IMG/VR virus record: IMGVR_UViG_3300028864_000014
Span: 1 to 64,000 of that record
Strand: one strand, 5' to 3'
DNA: 64,000 nucleotides
Under the pieces are notes generated by a model that made no database searches, was not told where the DNA came from, and was given only the letters and a program-made list of their open reading frames with translations. Positions 1 through 6,547 of the stretch are shown here, one piece after another. The position numbers and the translations under genes are program-made. Each line of letters opens with the position of its first letter. The first letter of the stretch is position 1.

Positions 1-240
1 CAGGTAGCTCAGGAACATCAGGTAGTTCTGGTAGCTCAGGCACATCAGGCAGTTCTGGAACATCAGGTAGCTCAGGCACATCAGGTAGCTCAGGCACATC
101 AGGTAGCTCAGGAACATCAGGTAGTTCTGGTAGCTCAGGCACATCAGGCAGTTCTGGAACATCAGGTAGCTCAGGCACATCAGGTAGCTCAGGCACATCA
201 GGAATTCGTGGAACATCAGGTAGCTCAGGAACATCAGGTA
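1..240 (+). repeat. Coding tandem repeat, 9/18-nt units (GGT AGC TCA GGA ACA TCA) encoding (GSSGTS)n
   Basis: Seen directly; Gly every third residue. Confidence 0.95.
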
Positions 241-1010
241 TTAATGGAGCAGATGGATTTGCATCTATAGCAGGAACAACAAATAATGGATTAATAACTT
301 TAAATGAATTATCTCCAAACGTTAGTTCTCATAGTGGATTGACATTTGATGGACGCAATTTAAATATTTGTGGTAATATAGTATTACCTAGCTCATCAGG
401 AACTGGAATATTATTAGGAAATAAAATTCCAACATTTGGATATAGAGACTTAATTGGACAAATAATAACTAGAATTGAAGGATCTGGAACACCAAATAGA
501 GAATCAATAAGAGGTACAAAAATACTTAATTATGCATTTAAAGTTAATGATGATATCGATAATATAACATATCAAATTCCTCATGATTATGTGCCAAATA
601 CTCCTATATTTTTAGATATTCATTGGACTCATAACGGTACATCTATTTCTGGTAATTTTGGAATAAATTACTATATGAATTATTGTAAAGGATATAATCA
701 ATCTGGACAAATTTTTAATTCCGAATTGACAGTTTCTCAATCAATATCAATATCAGGAATTTCATCAAATCCAAGATGGGGACATTTCATTAATGAAATT
801 CAAATAAGCAACAATGGAGGTGATTCATCACATTTAAATACTTCTTTATTAGAAGCAGATGGATTAATAGAATTAGCATTAAGTGTATCAAGTATTCCAA
901 CTATATCTGGAGGTACAACTAATTTACCGTTCATACTATCTGTCGATATTCATTATCAAACAACAGGAGTATTAGGCACAAAAAATGATAACTATCCTTT
1001 TTATACTTAA
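3..1010 (+). CDS. Gly/Ser/Thr-repeat (collagen-like) virion or tail-fibre protein, 5' truncated by the window
   Basis: Open frame from position 3 reads GSSGTSGSSGSSGTS... and continues in frame into the ORF-track entry 339..1010. Confidence 0.75.
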   Translation, partial: GSSGTSGSSGSSGTSGSSGTSGSSGTSGSSGTSGSSGTSGSSGSSGTSGSSGTSGSSGTSGSSGTSGIRGTSGSSGTSGINGADGFASIAGTTNNGLITLNELSPNVSSHSGLTFDGRNLNICGNIVLPSSSGTGILLGNKIPTFGYRDLIGQIITRIEGSGTPNRESIRGTKILNYAFKVNDDIDNITYQIPHDYVPNTPIFLDIHWTHNGTSISGNFGINYYMNYCKGYNQSGQIFNSELTVSQSISISGISSNPRWGHFINEIQISNNGGDSSHLNTSLLEADGLIELALSVSSIPTISGGTTNLPFILSVDIHYQTTGVLGTKNDNYPFYT

Positions 1011-1024
1011 TGAATAAAAACTCT

Positions 1025-1060
1025 AAAAAATGTCAATCTTTTTTAAGATTGACATTTTTT
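1025..1060. terminator. Palindromic intrinsic terminator
   Basis: aaaaaatgtcaatctt-tt-aagattgacatttttt, immediately after the fibre gene. Confidence 0.75.
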
Positions 1061-1087
1061 ATTATATAATATTTAATATATAAAACT

Positions 1088-1585
1088 ATGAAATATATTA
1101 AAAGATTTGAAACACTATTAAAACACAATAATCCGAAAGTAATTAATAATATATTTAAAAAATTCTCAGAAAATTTAAAAAATATTCTGTTTAGACTAAA
1201 AGAATTAGATGATTTCAAAGGATCATCAGTTAAAATATATTTTGATGATTCTAATGAAATTACTATATCATATAGATATAAATATATAGATATATTTAAA
1301 ATAAGATTGTTGACTTATCATAGATCAGAAGGATTAGAATTAACAATTCTATTAGAAAGACGTAATTATGATGAATTTAAAAGTAAAAATAATGTTCTTT
1401 ATGATGTTATGACTTCAGTTATTAATAAATATGAAACATTTGATCCTGATATTTATTGGGATAGAAAACACATTCACGACATAAAAATAGAAGATAAAAA
1501 TAACTTAACTATTTTAGATAATATTATTACAGAAATAGAAAAAGAATTTAACTTATATATAGAAACAAATAAATTCAACATATGA
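1088..1585 (+). CDS. KFN[LI]-tag family protein
   Basis: N-term MKYIKRFE, C-term NKFNI. Confidence 0.8.
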   Translation: MKYIKRFETLLKHNNPKVINNIFKKFSENLKNILFRLKELDDFKGSSVKIYFDDSNEITISYRYKYIDIFKIRLLTYHRSEGLELTILLERRNYDEFKSKNNVLYDVMTSVINKYETFDPDIYWDRKHIHDIKIEDKNNLTILDNIITEIEKEFNLYIETNKFNI

Positions 1586-1914
1586 AACATATCAAATTAT
1601 TCGAAAATAATAGTCAAAAATATTTTGTATATACTATTCAAAATTCTGATGAAGATACAGTAAAAGTAAAATTGTTTGACAGTGCGGAAAGCTGCATAAA
1701 ATATACAATAACATTCATACATGAATATGATAAATCACATAATGAAAATTATGATTGTAAAGATATGATTGATTATGACGAAGTTCTGGATTATTGGAAT
1801 GGTAAATATTATAATGAACCTGTTGATTTTAATTACGAAGAATATGAAGTGGAAAAATTCGAATTATCAGAAGAATTAGAATTATTGAAGTCTGGAAGTA
1901 AATTCAATTTGTAA
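1582..1914 (+). CDS. KFN[LI]-tag family protein
   Basis: N-term MKHIKLFE, C-term SKFNL. Confidence 0.8.
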   Translation: MKHIKLFENNSQKYFVYTIQNSDEDTVKVKLFDSAESCIKYTITFIHEYDKSHNENYDCKDMIDYDEVLDYWNGKYYNEPVDFNYEEYEVEKFELSEELELLKSGSKFNL

Positions 1915-1917
1915 ATG

Positions 1918-2108
1918 TGCTCACGACCAGGCTCGAACTGGCATCTCATTTTTTAGTTAGGTCACTAAACGCGCTTCCTTTTCACCAACTCAATGATTAC
2001 TTTACTCAGTGCATCCTCAAATATACAGTCATTGAACCGAACAAGCTCAACCACATACCCTAACACTAGCTTCGTTTACTAGCGACTGTCCCTTAGTCTA
2101 ACATGAAC
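1918..2108 (-). ncRNA. 191-nt tRNA-like RNA with about 123-nt insert at the variable-arm position
   Basis: Acceptor GTTCATG/CGTGAGC, D stem GACT/AGTC, stem CTAGT/GCTAG with loop AAACGAA, T arm GCCAG-TTCGAGC-CTGGT. Confidence 0.65.
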
Positions 2109-2118
2109 TTTATAATTG

Positions 2119-2192
2119 TGATCCTGAAGGGATTCAAACCCTTGACCCTCGCCTTAGAAGGGCGATGCTCTATTCAACTGAGCTACAGAACC
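2119..2192 (-). tRNA. tRNA-Arg(TCT), canonical
   Basis: Full cloverleaf, anticodon arm TCGCC-CTTCTAA-GGCGA. Confidence 0.93.
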
Positions 2193-2211
2193 GTTGTTTT
2201 TTATTACTCTG

Positions 2212-2243
2212 TAAAAGTAGTGTTTTATTTTGATACTACCAAA
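2212..2243 (-). promoter_or_regulatory. Bacteroidota-type promoter inside the tRNA array, upstream of Arg(TCT) and the 191-nt RNA
   Basis: Minus strand TTTG-N20-TACTTTTA, one mismatch to TAnnTTTG. Confidence 0.5.
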
Positions 2244-2292
2244 CATTTTACACTAAATATAGATATAATTTTTATAAAAGTTTATTTAATTG

Positions 2293-2376
2293 AGCACAAT
2301 ATCAGACTCGAACTGATGAAATCTTTTCAGATGCTGGGTTACAAAGCCAGAGCAATAGCCACTATGCGAATTGTGC
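2293..2376 (-). tRNA. tRNA-Thr(TGT) with long variable arm
   Basis: GCACAAT/ATTGTGC acceptor, U73, loop TT-TGT-AA (C:C at 31:39), variable arm ATCT-GAAA-AGAT. Confidence 0.8.
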
Positions 2377-2384
2377 ATTTATTG

Positions 2385-2457
2385 AGCTTTAGAAAGGACT
2401 TGAACCCTCAACATTTACCTTACAAGGGTAACGTTCTACCAATTGAACTACTAAAGC
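2385..2457 (-). tRNA. tRNA-Thr(TGT), canonical
   Basis: Anticodon arm TTACC-CTTGTAA-GGTAA, U73. Confidence 0.93.
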
Positions 2458-2467
2458 ATTTTTATTG

Positions 2468-2542
2468 TCGGAATGACAAGATTCGAACTTGCAATAACCT
2501 GGTGTCCAATACCAGTAACCTCTCTCTATGGATCGCATTCCG
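2468..2542 (-). tRNA. tRNA-Pro(TGG)
   Basis: CGGAATG/CATTCCG acceptor, CTGGT-ATTGGAC-ACCAG; atypical D loop and A32. Confidence 0.85.
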
Positions 2543-2554
2543 TTGTTTTTATTG

Positions 2555-2626
2555 AGCCAAGGGTGAGAGTCAAACTCACGACATCCACGTTACTAAGGTG
2601 GCGCTCTATCACTGAGCTACATCGGC
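2555..2626 (-). tRNA. tRNA-Thr(AGT)
   Basis: CCACC-TTAGTAA-CGTGG anticodon arm, G1-C72, C2-G71, U73. Confidence 0.82.
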
Positions 2627-2633
2627 ATTATTG

Positions 2634-2708
2634 TAGGACTTATTGGAATCGAACCAATGACGTTTTGCTTGTTAAACAAATACTCTGAACCAACTGAGTT
2701 AAAATCCT
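2634..2708 (-). tRNA. tRNA-Val(AAC)
   Basis: TTTGT-TTAACAA-GCAAA anticodon arm, full cloverleaf. Confidence 0.88.
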
Positions 2709-2722
2709 ATATTCAAAAAAAG

Positions 2723-2793
2723 TAGCCCCAGATGGAATCGAACCATCTCCCAAACCTTGTAATAGTCATACGCTTCCGTTACGCCACAGGGCC
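2723..2793 (-). tRNA. tRNA-Val(TAC), degenerate
   Basis: Good T arm GATGG-TTCGATT-CCATC; weak acceptor and anticodon stems (TGACT-ATTACAA-GGTTT). Confidence 0.55.
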
Positions 2794-2801
2794 AAATTTA
2801 G

Positions 2802-2887
2802 AGCAAGTAAAGGGATTCGAACCCTCGGTGTGATATTATCTTTCTAGATTGGAAATCTAGTGCAATCGACCTCTATGCGACACTTGC
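2802..2887 (-). tRNA. tRNA-Gly(TCC) with long variable arm
   Basis: CTAGA-TTTCCAA-TCTAG, 17-nt variable region, U73. Confidence 0.85.
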
Positions 2888-2908
2888 GTTAATTTATTTT
2901 AATATTTG

Positions 2909-2993
2909 AGCGATAGATGAGATTCAAACTCACGGTGTGCTTTCGCTTACTGGATTGGCAACCCAGCGCCATCGGTCTCTAGGCGACTATCGC
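2909..2993 (-). tRNA. tRNA-Gly(GCC) with long variable arm
   Basis: CTGGG-TTGCCAA-TCCAG, 16-nt variable region with GC-GAAA-GC hairpin, U73. Confidence 0.85.
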
Positions 2994-3029
2994 ATTATTT
3001 ATAATCATTTATGTAACTATCTGATTATG

Positions 3030-3106
3030 TGGAGCTTATGGGCATCGAACCCACCTGTTATTCCTCTGTGCAAGAGAGGCGACCACTCCAAGCAGTCCCA
3101 AGTCCC
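3030..3106 (-). tRNA. tRNA-Ala(TGC)
   Basis: CCTCT-CTTGCAC-AGAGG, G3:U70 identity pair present. Confidence 0.88.
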
Positions 3107-3181
3107 ATTATTAATTGTTTTTATAAAAATCTAAAAATTTTTCAATTTCGTTTTACTTTTCCGAACTATGTTTTTGTTATG

Positions 3182-3268
3182 TCGGGTAGGTGAGATTCGA
3201 ACTCACGATGACTATACGTTCCCTCATGTTCCCAAAACACGTATGCTAACCAACTACACCACTACCCG
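3182..3268 (-). tRNA. tRNA-Pro(TGG) with long variable region
   Basis: CGGGTAG/CTACCCG acceptor, CGTGT-TTTGGGA-ACATG, 18-nt variable region. Confidence 0.85.
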
Positions 3269-3340
3269 ATAATTAAACTATTTTATTTTTTCAAATATCA
3301 AAGAACTCTTTTATATTATTAAATATTACAATAATAATTG

Positions 3341-3399
3341 TCAGGTGAAGAAGAGTCGAACTTCCTTGTGCCTGATCCTGACACTACCACATACACCTG
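3341..3399 (-). ncRNA. D-armless 59-nt tRNA-like element, GAT (Ile) in the central loop
   Basis: CAGGTGT/TCACCTG, 8-nt connector ATGTGGTA, GTGTC-AGGATCA-GGCAC, T arm GGAAG-TTCGACT-CTTCT. Confidence 0.55.
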
Positions 3400-3410
3400 A
3401 TATTTTACTG

Positions 3411-3489
3411 TGACCCAGGAGGGGGTTGAACCCTCATTTTTCATTCCATTATGCACATAGAGTTTAGAAAACTCCGCCATTACAAGGCC
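3411..3489 (-). tRNA. D-armless tRNA-Arg(TCT)-like gene with 23-nt variable insert
   Basis: GGCCTTG/CTGGGTC, connector TAATGGC, GGAGT-TTTCTAA-ACTCT, T arm GAGGG-TTCAACC-CCCTC. Confidence 0.7.
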
Positions 3490-3502
3490 ATTATTTATTT
3501 TG

Positions 3503-3581
3503 TGATCCAGAAGAGACTCGAACTCTCATTTTTCATTCCATTATGCACATAGAATTTAGGAAATTCTGCCACTACAGGACC
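3503..3581 (-). tRNA. D-armless tRNA-Arg(CCT)-like gene with the identical 23-nt variable insert
   Basis: GGTCCTG/CTGGATC, connector TAGTGGC, AGAAT-TTCCTAA-ATTCT, T arm GAGAG-TTCGAGT-CTCTT. Confidence 0.7.
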
Positions 3582-3593
3582 AATTAATTATTT

Positions 3594-3635
3594 AAAAAGA
3601 AAAAACCCAAAGTTGAATAATCATCTTTGGGTTTT
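3594..3635 (-). terminator. Attenuator terminator upstream of the tRNA array
   Basis: Minus strand AAAACCCAAAG-12nt-CTTTGGGTTTT followed by TTCTTTTT. Confidence 0.85.
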
Positions 3636-3688
3636 AACACTATTAAAATATTTTATAAAAATATCAACTTAGATTGTTATCACCCAAA
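3626..3688 (-). promoter_or_regulatory. Antiterminator helix mutually exclusive with the terminator
   Basis: Leader segment TTTGGGT-GA-TAACA (3688-3675) pairs with TGTTA-AA-ACCCAAA (3639-3626), the terminator 5' arm. Confidence 0.75.
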
Positions 3689-3774
3689 TACGCCACTGGT
3701 CTTCCTCCTGTTACGGGAGTAGTTGCAGTTGTTGTGGCTGTGCCTGTTGTGATATGTCTACTAATGTTGTTCAT
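3664..3774 (-). CDS. Putative attenuator leader peptide MNNISRHITTGTATTTATTPVTGGRPVAYLGDNNLS (36 aa, below the ORF-track cutoff)
   Basis: Translated by hand; ThrL-like composition; ATG lies just downstream of the TAATATATA motif. Confidence 0.8.
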   Translation of the reverse strand: MNNISRHITTGTATTTATTPVTGGRPVAYLGDNNLS

Positions 3775-3781
3775 GATATTG

Positions 3782-3792
3782 TATATATTAAA
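3782..3792 (-). promoter_or_regulatory. TAATATATA promoter-like motif for the leader/tRNA operon
   Basis: Minus strand ttttaatatatac-aatatc-ATG; same motif precedes ORFs at 1088, 16044, 50402 and 61242. Confidence 0.55.
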
Positions 3793-4011
3793 AATTATTT
3801 TTTGTTTAAGTTATTTTCTACTTTCTTATATATTATATAAAAAAAGTCATTTTTTTCTATTTTTAAAAATTGATTGATATGATGAACTTTTTTTGAGATT
3901 TATTTAGAGCAATAGAAAGACATTAACTCATATACTCAATCTTGATACACTTTCTTGTAATGTTCAACTACACATTTTTTATATCAATCAATTTATTTTT
4001 TATTTGTAGAA

Positions 4012-4043
4012 CAAAAGTAATACAAAGTTTTTAATCTACCAAA
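4012..4043 (-). promoter_or_regulatory. Bacteroidota housekeeping-type promoter
   Basis: TTTG-N20-TACTTTTG on the minus strand. Confidence 0.65.
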
Positions 4044-4065
4044 TATTTATTGAATTATTTTTCAA

Positions 4066-4509
4066 TTAATACATTAGTCCAACATATTCATGTTCAAATT
4101 CTACATTATATCCTTTTGCTTTTGCATTTTCTATCATATTAATAATATCAATAGTTCTTGAATAATCTCTACAAAATAAATCATAATTATCTTCTAATGG
4201 TGGAGCCAATAATGCTCGATCATTATCCCATGATCCATATGTTATAAACACACCATCAAATGAATCATAATTTTCTAAATATTTGGTTTTTATTCTTTCT
4301 CTTATTGAATCAGGACACAATTTGTCTTCCCATCGTGAAACAATTTTTCCTGTGAAAAAATTACTAAAAATTATTCTTTTAGTAGGTTCTGGTATTCCAG
4401 AATTTTCCATAATAATCCAATTCCAAGTATCTTGATCTACAAGTTTAAATTGTAAATCTCCATCGTTGTCTGTTAATTTTACTATATGTGCAATTTTCAT
4501 ATTATTCAT
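4066..4509 (-). CDS. hypothetical protein
   Basis: 147-aa ORF, tightly packed with neighbours. Confidence 0.7.
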   Translation of the reverse strand: MNNMKIAHIVKLTDNDGDLQFKLVDQDTWNWIIMENSGIPEPTKRIIFSNFFTGKIVSRWEDKLCPDSIRERIKTKYLENYDSFDGVFITYGSWDNDRALLAPPLEDNYDLFCRDYSRTIDIINMIENAKAKGYNVEFEHEYVGLMY

Positions 4510-4910
4510 TAATTAATTAATTTATATAACTCTTCTAAGAACTCAATAATTTTTTTATCTATTTTGCCATTGCGAACATCTTCATAAGAATAATCACAAA
4601 CTTCATAAGATGTTCCTCGATTCTTTGCTGTATAAACATTAAATGTCAAATCTTTAAATTTTAAAATCCACAATTTCAACATAAACTCACTTCTAATTGT
4701 TTTGTTTTGAGTGCCAAAAATTTTTGTTAAAGGCTCAATTAAATTACTAGTTAATGTTAATTTATTATCTTGAAATGCATGAGTTTGAATATTAACCATA
4801 TAATTCAGTATTTCACGACTGTTTGTTATTGAAACAGAATCATTTGAAAAATACTTTCCGTCAATATGTATAATTTTATTAGTTGTTTCCTCAAATTTAT
4901 TCACTTTCAT
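4509..4910 (-). CDS. hypothetical protein with CTS-like N-terminus
   Basis: MKVNKFEE start. Confidence 0.7.
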   Translation of the reverse strand: MKVNKFEETTNKIIHIDGKYFSNDSVSITNSREILNYMVNIQTHAFQDNKLTLTSNLIEPLTKIFGTQNKTIRSEFMLKLWILKFKDLTFNVYTAKNRGTSYEVCDYSYEDVRNGKIDKKIIEFLEELYKLIN

Positions 4911-4918
4911 ATATTATG

Positions 4919-5245
4919 TTATTTTTTATACATTAATATCGTTGATTTTATGAAATGATCAAATTCAAATTTATATTCATTATCATTTATTCCATAATCT
5001 TCATAATTTCTATCTATTCTATTTAAACACGTAGTAATTTCAATTATAAGTTCTTTCTTATTTAATTTTTTATATTTTAAATTAGAATCAGTTATTAAAT
5101 AATTAGAATCATTGATCATTCTATTTTTAATACTTTCAGTATAAGGTTGAATCCATTTTTCCTTATATGAACAATTGAAAATATCTTCACTAACTATGTT
5201 CATAGTTTTTTCAGATTTACTAAATAAAAAATTTATTATCTTCAT
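4919..5245 (-). CDS. hypothetical protein
   Basis: ORF downstream of the promoter at 5263-5293. Confidence 0.65.
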   Translation of the reverse strand: MKIINFLFSKSEKTMNIVSEDIFNCSYKEKWIQPYTESIKNRMINDSNYLITDSNLKYKKLNKKELIIEITTCLNRIDRNYEDYGINDNEYKFEFDHFIKSTILMYKK

Positions 5246-5262
5246 TGTTTAATTTTAAGCAA

Positions 5263-5293
5263 CAAAGATAATAAATACTTTTTAAATATCAAA
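5263..5293 (-). promoter_or_regulatory. Bacteroidota housekeeping-type promoter
   Basis: TTTG-N19-TATCTTTG. Confidence 0.65.
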
Positions 5294-5308
5294 ATATTTT
5301 AGAATTTT

Positions 5309-5686
5309 TTATATATTAAATTTGTTCATATCACCTTTTTGTGATTTATAAGCTTTAGTTATTGGTAAATCTAAATTTCTTTCTGGAACAAATACACCTA
5401 AGTCATCATGATTTTCTGCTTCTTCTTCATCATACCAATCTGTGTGTCCAATTTCTATGCCCATATCAGACAAATCCAATTTTATTGTTCTATCTTCTCC
5501 TGTTTCATCATTATGCAAATAAATATTTAATGTTTCTAAATCAGGATAATAAGATGTACCATTATTATTATAACCAAACATTTCAGATGCAAAAATATCA
5601 CTAATTTCATTAATGAATTCCTTTCTATTTATCACATCTAATTTTTTCCCTCTATATTTATAGGCTTCAAATTTTTGTATTTCCAT
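5309..5686 (-). CDS. KFN[LI]-tag family protein
   Basis: MEIQKFE ... NKFNI. Confidence 0.8.
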   Translation of the reverse strand: MEIQKFEAYKYRGKKLDVINRKEFINEISDIFASEMFGYNNNGTSYYPDLETLNIYLHNDETGEDRTIKLDLSDMGIEIGHTDWYDEEEAENHDDLGVFVPERNLDLPITKAYKSQKGDMNKFNI

Positions 5687-5700
5687 TTTATTTTTATTTT

Positions 5701-6546
5701 TTATAAATCTCCTAATTCATCTTTTGTTAAACCTAATGAATCAACCAATTTTTGTAATTCTTCTTTATTCATATTAATAATTTTATTAAGAATAATTTTT
5801 TTAGCATTTTCATTTGTAGTACCTTTCATTTGATTAGCTAATTGATCTACACTATTACTAGTATTCACTCCTAATTGTCTTAATAATTGAAGTTTTGGTT
5901 TAATAGAATCAAATAATGTTATATTAATCCAATTTATTGCAGCTTTTTTATAATTTAATAAATTAGTCACAATAGAAATATCATCAGCTTCTAAAATTCT
6001 ACTAATCTTATAATTGATTCTATCATTTATTGATTCTGAAACAGTAGTTGGTGCGGTATTAGTAGTAGTAGTTCCAGTTATAATATTTGCAGATGATTTA
6101 ATTTCAGATATTATAGTGGTAGAATACGTTGATATAGCATTTGAAAATTGGTCTTCTGGATAACTCATCAATGTAAGCAATCTTTTATCTCTTGATCTAC
6201 TAAATATTTCATTAATAGTAAAGTCATCATTTTGTAATTTATTAACAATAGGTTTCAATGAAAAATAAAAATATTTGATACTTTCTGTTAATACTTTATC
6301 AACATCAATTATAGTTTTTGAATTATTTATTTCATTTTGAGTAAGTGATTGACTATTTTTTAAATATGTCTGATATAGAATAGATACATTTTTTTCCACA
6401 TCTAAACTTTTTATAAAAGATGAGAATAAATTATTTAATGATTGTGTTGGATCAGGAAATATTTTATCATACTGAGATTTTAAAAACTCAGAAATAGATG
6501 ATTGTGAACTCTCTGTCAAATAATTATTATAAGATATTATATTCAT
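5701..6546 (-). CDS. Putative head-internal protein
   Basis: CTS-like MNIISYNNYLTES; further [IL]xE sites (ILEAD); helical composition. Confidence 0.6.
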   Translation of the reverse strand: MNIISYNNYLTESSQSSISEFLKSQYDKIFPDPTQSLNNLFSSFIKSLDVEKNVSILYQTYLKNSQSLTQNEINNSKTIIDVDKVLTESIKYFYFSLKPIVNKLQNDDFTINEIFSRSRDKRLLTLMSYPEDQFSNAISTYSTTIISEIKSSANIITGTTTTNTAPTTVSESINDRINYKISRILEADDISIVTNLLNYKKAAINWINITLFDSIKPKLQLLRQLGVNTSNSVDQLANQMKGTTNENAKKIILNKIINMNKEELQKLVDSLGLTKDELGDL

Positions 6547-6547
6547 T

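Noticed and set aside
1918-2108. tmRNA or intron-containing tRNA
   Set aside because: No G3:U70 Ala identity, about half tmRNA length, has an anticodon-like arm; the insert lies outside the anticodon loop and is too short for a group I intron
2293-2376. Reading the long-arm tRNA as Tyr(GTA), which would make the long arm normal
   Set aside because: A GTA-centred loop leaves the anticodon stem unpaired; the symmetric loop is TT-TGT-AA and the acceptor (G1-C72, C2-G71, U73) fits Thr
2103-3134. ORF-track entries 2103..2555, 2473..2688 and 2937..3134
   Set aside because: Antisense to tRNA genes; artefacts of locally higher GC
3674-3877. Plus-strand 67-aa hydrophobic ORF
   Set aside because: Shadow of the Thr-rich leader (ACN read as NGT/GTN); the minus frame has the promoter motif, start and terminator context
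3880-4010. Minigenes downstream of the promoter at 4043-4012
   Set aside because: Only 2-7 codon ORFs with no coding signal; cannot be supported
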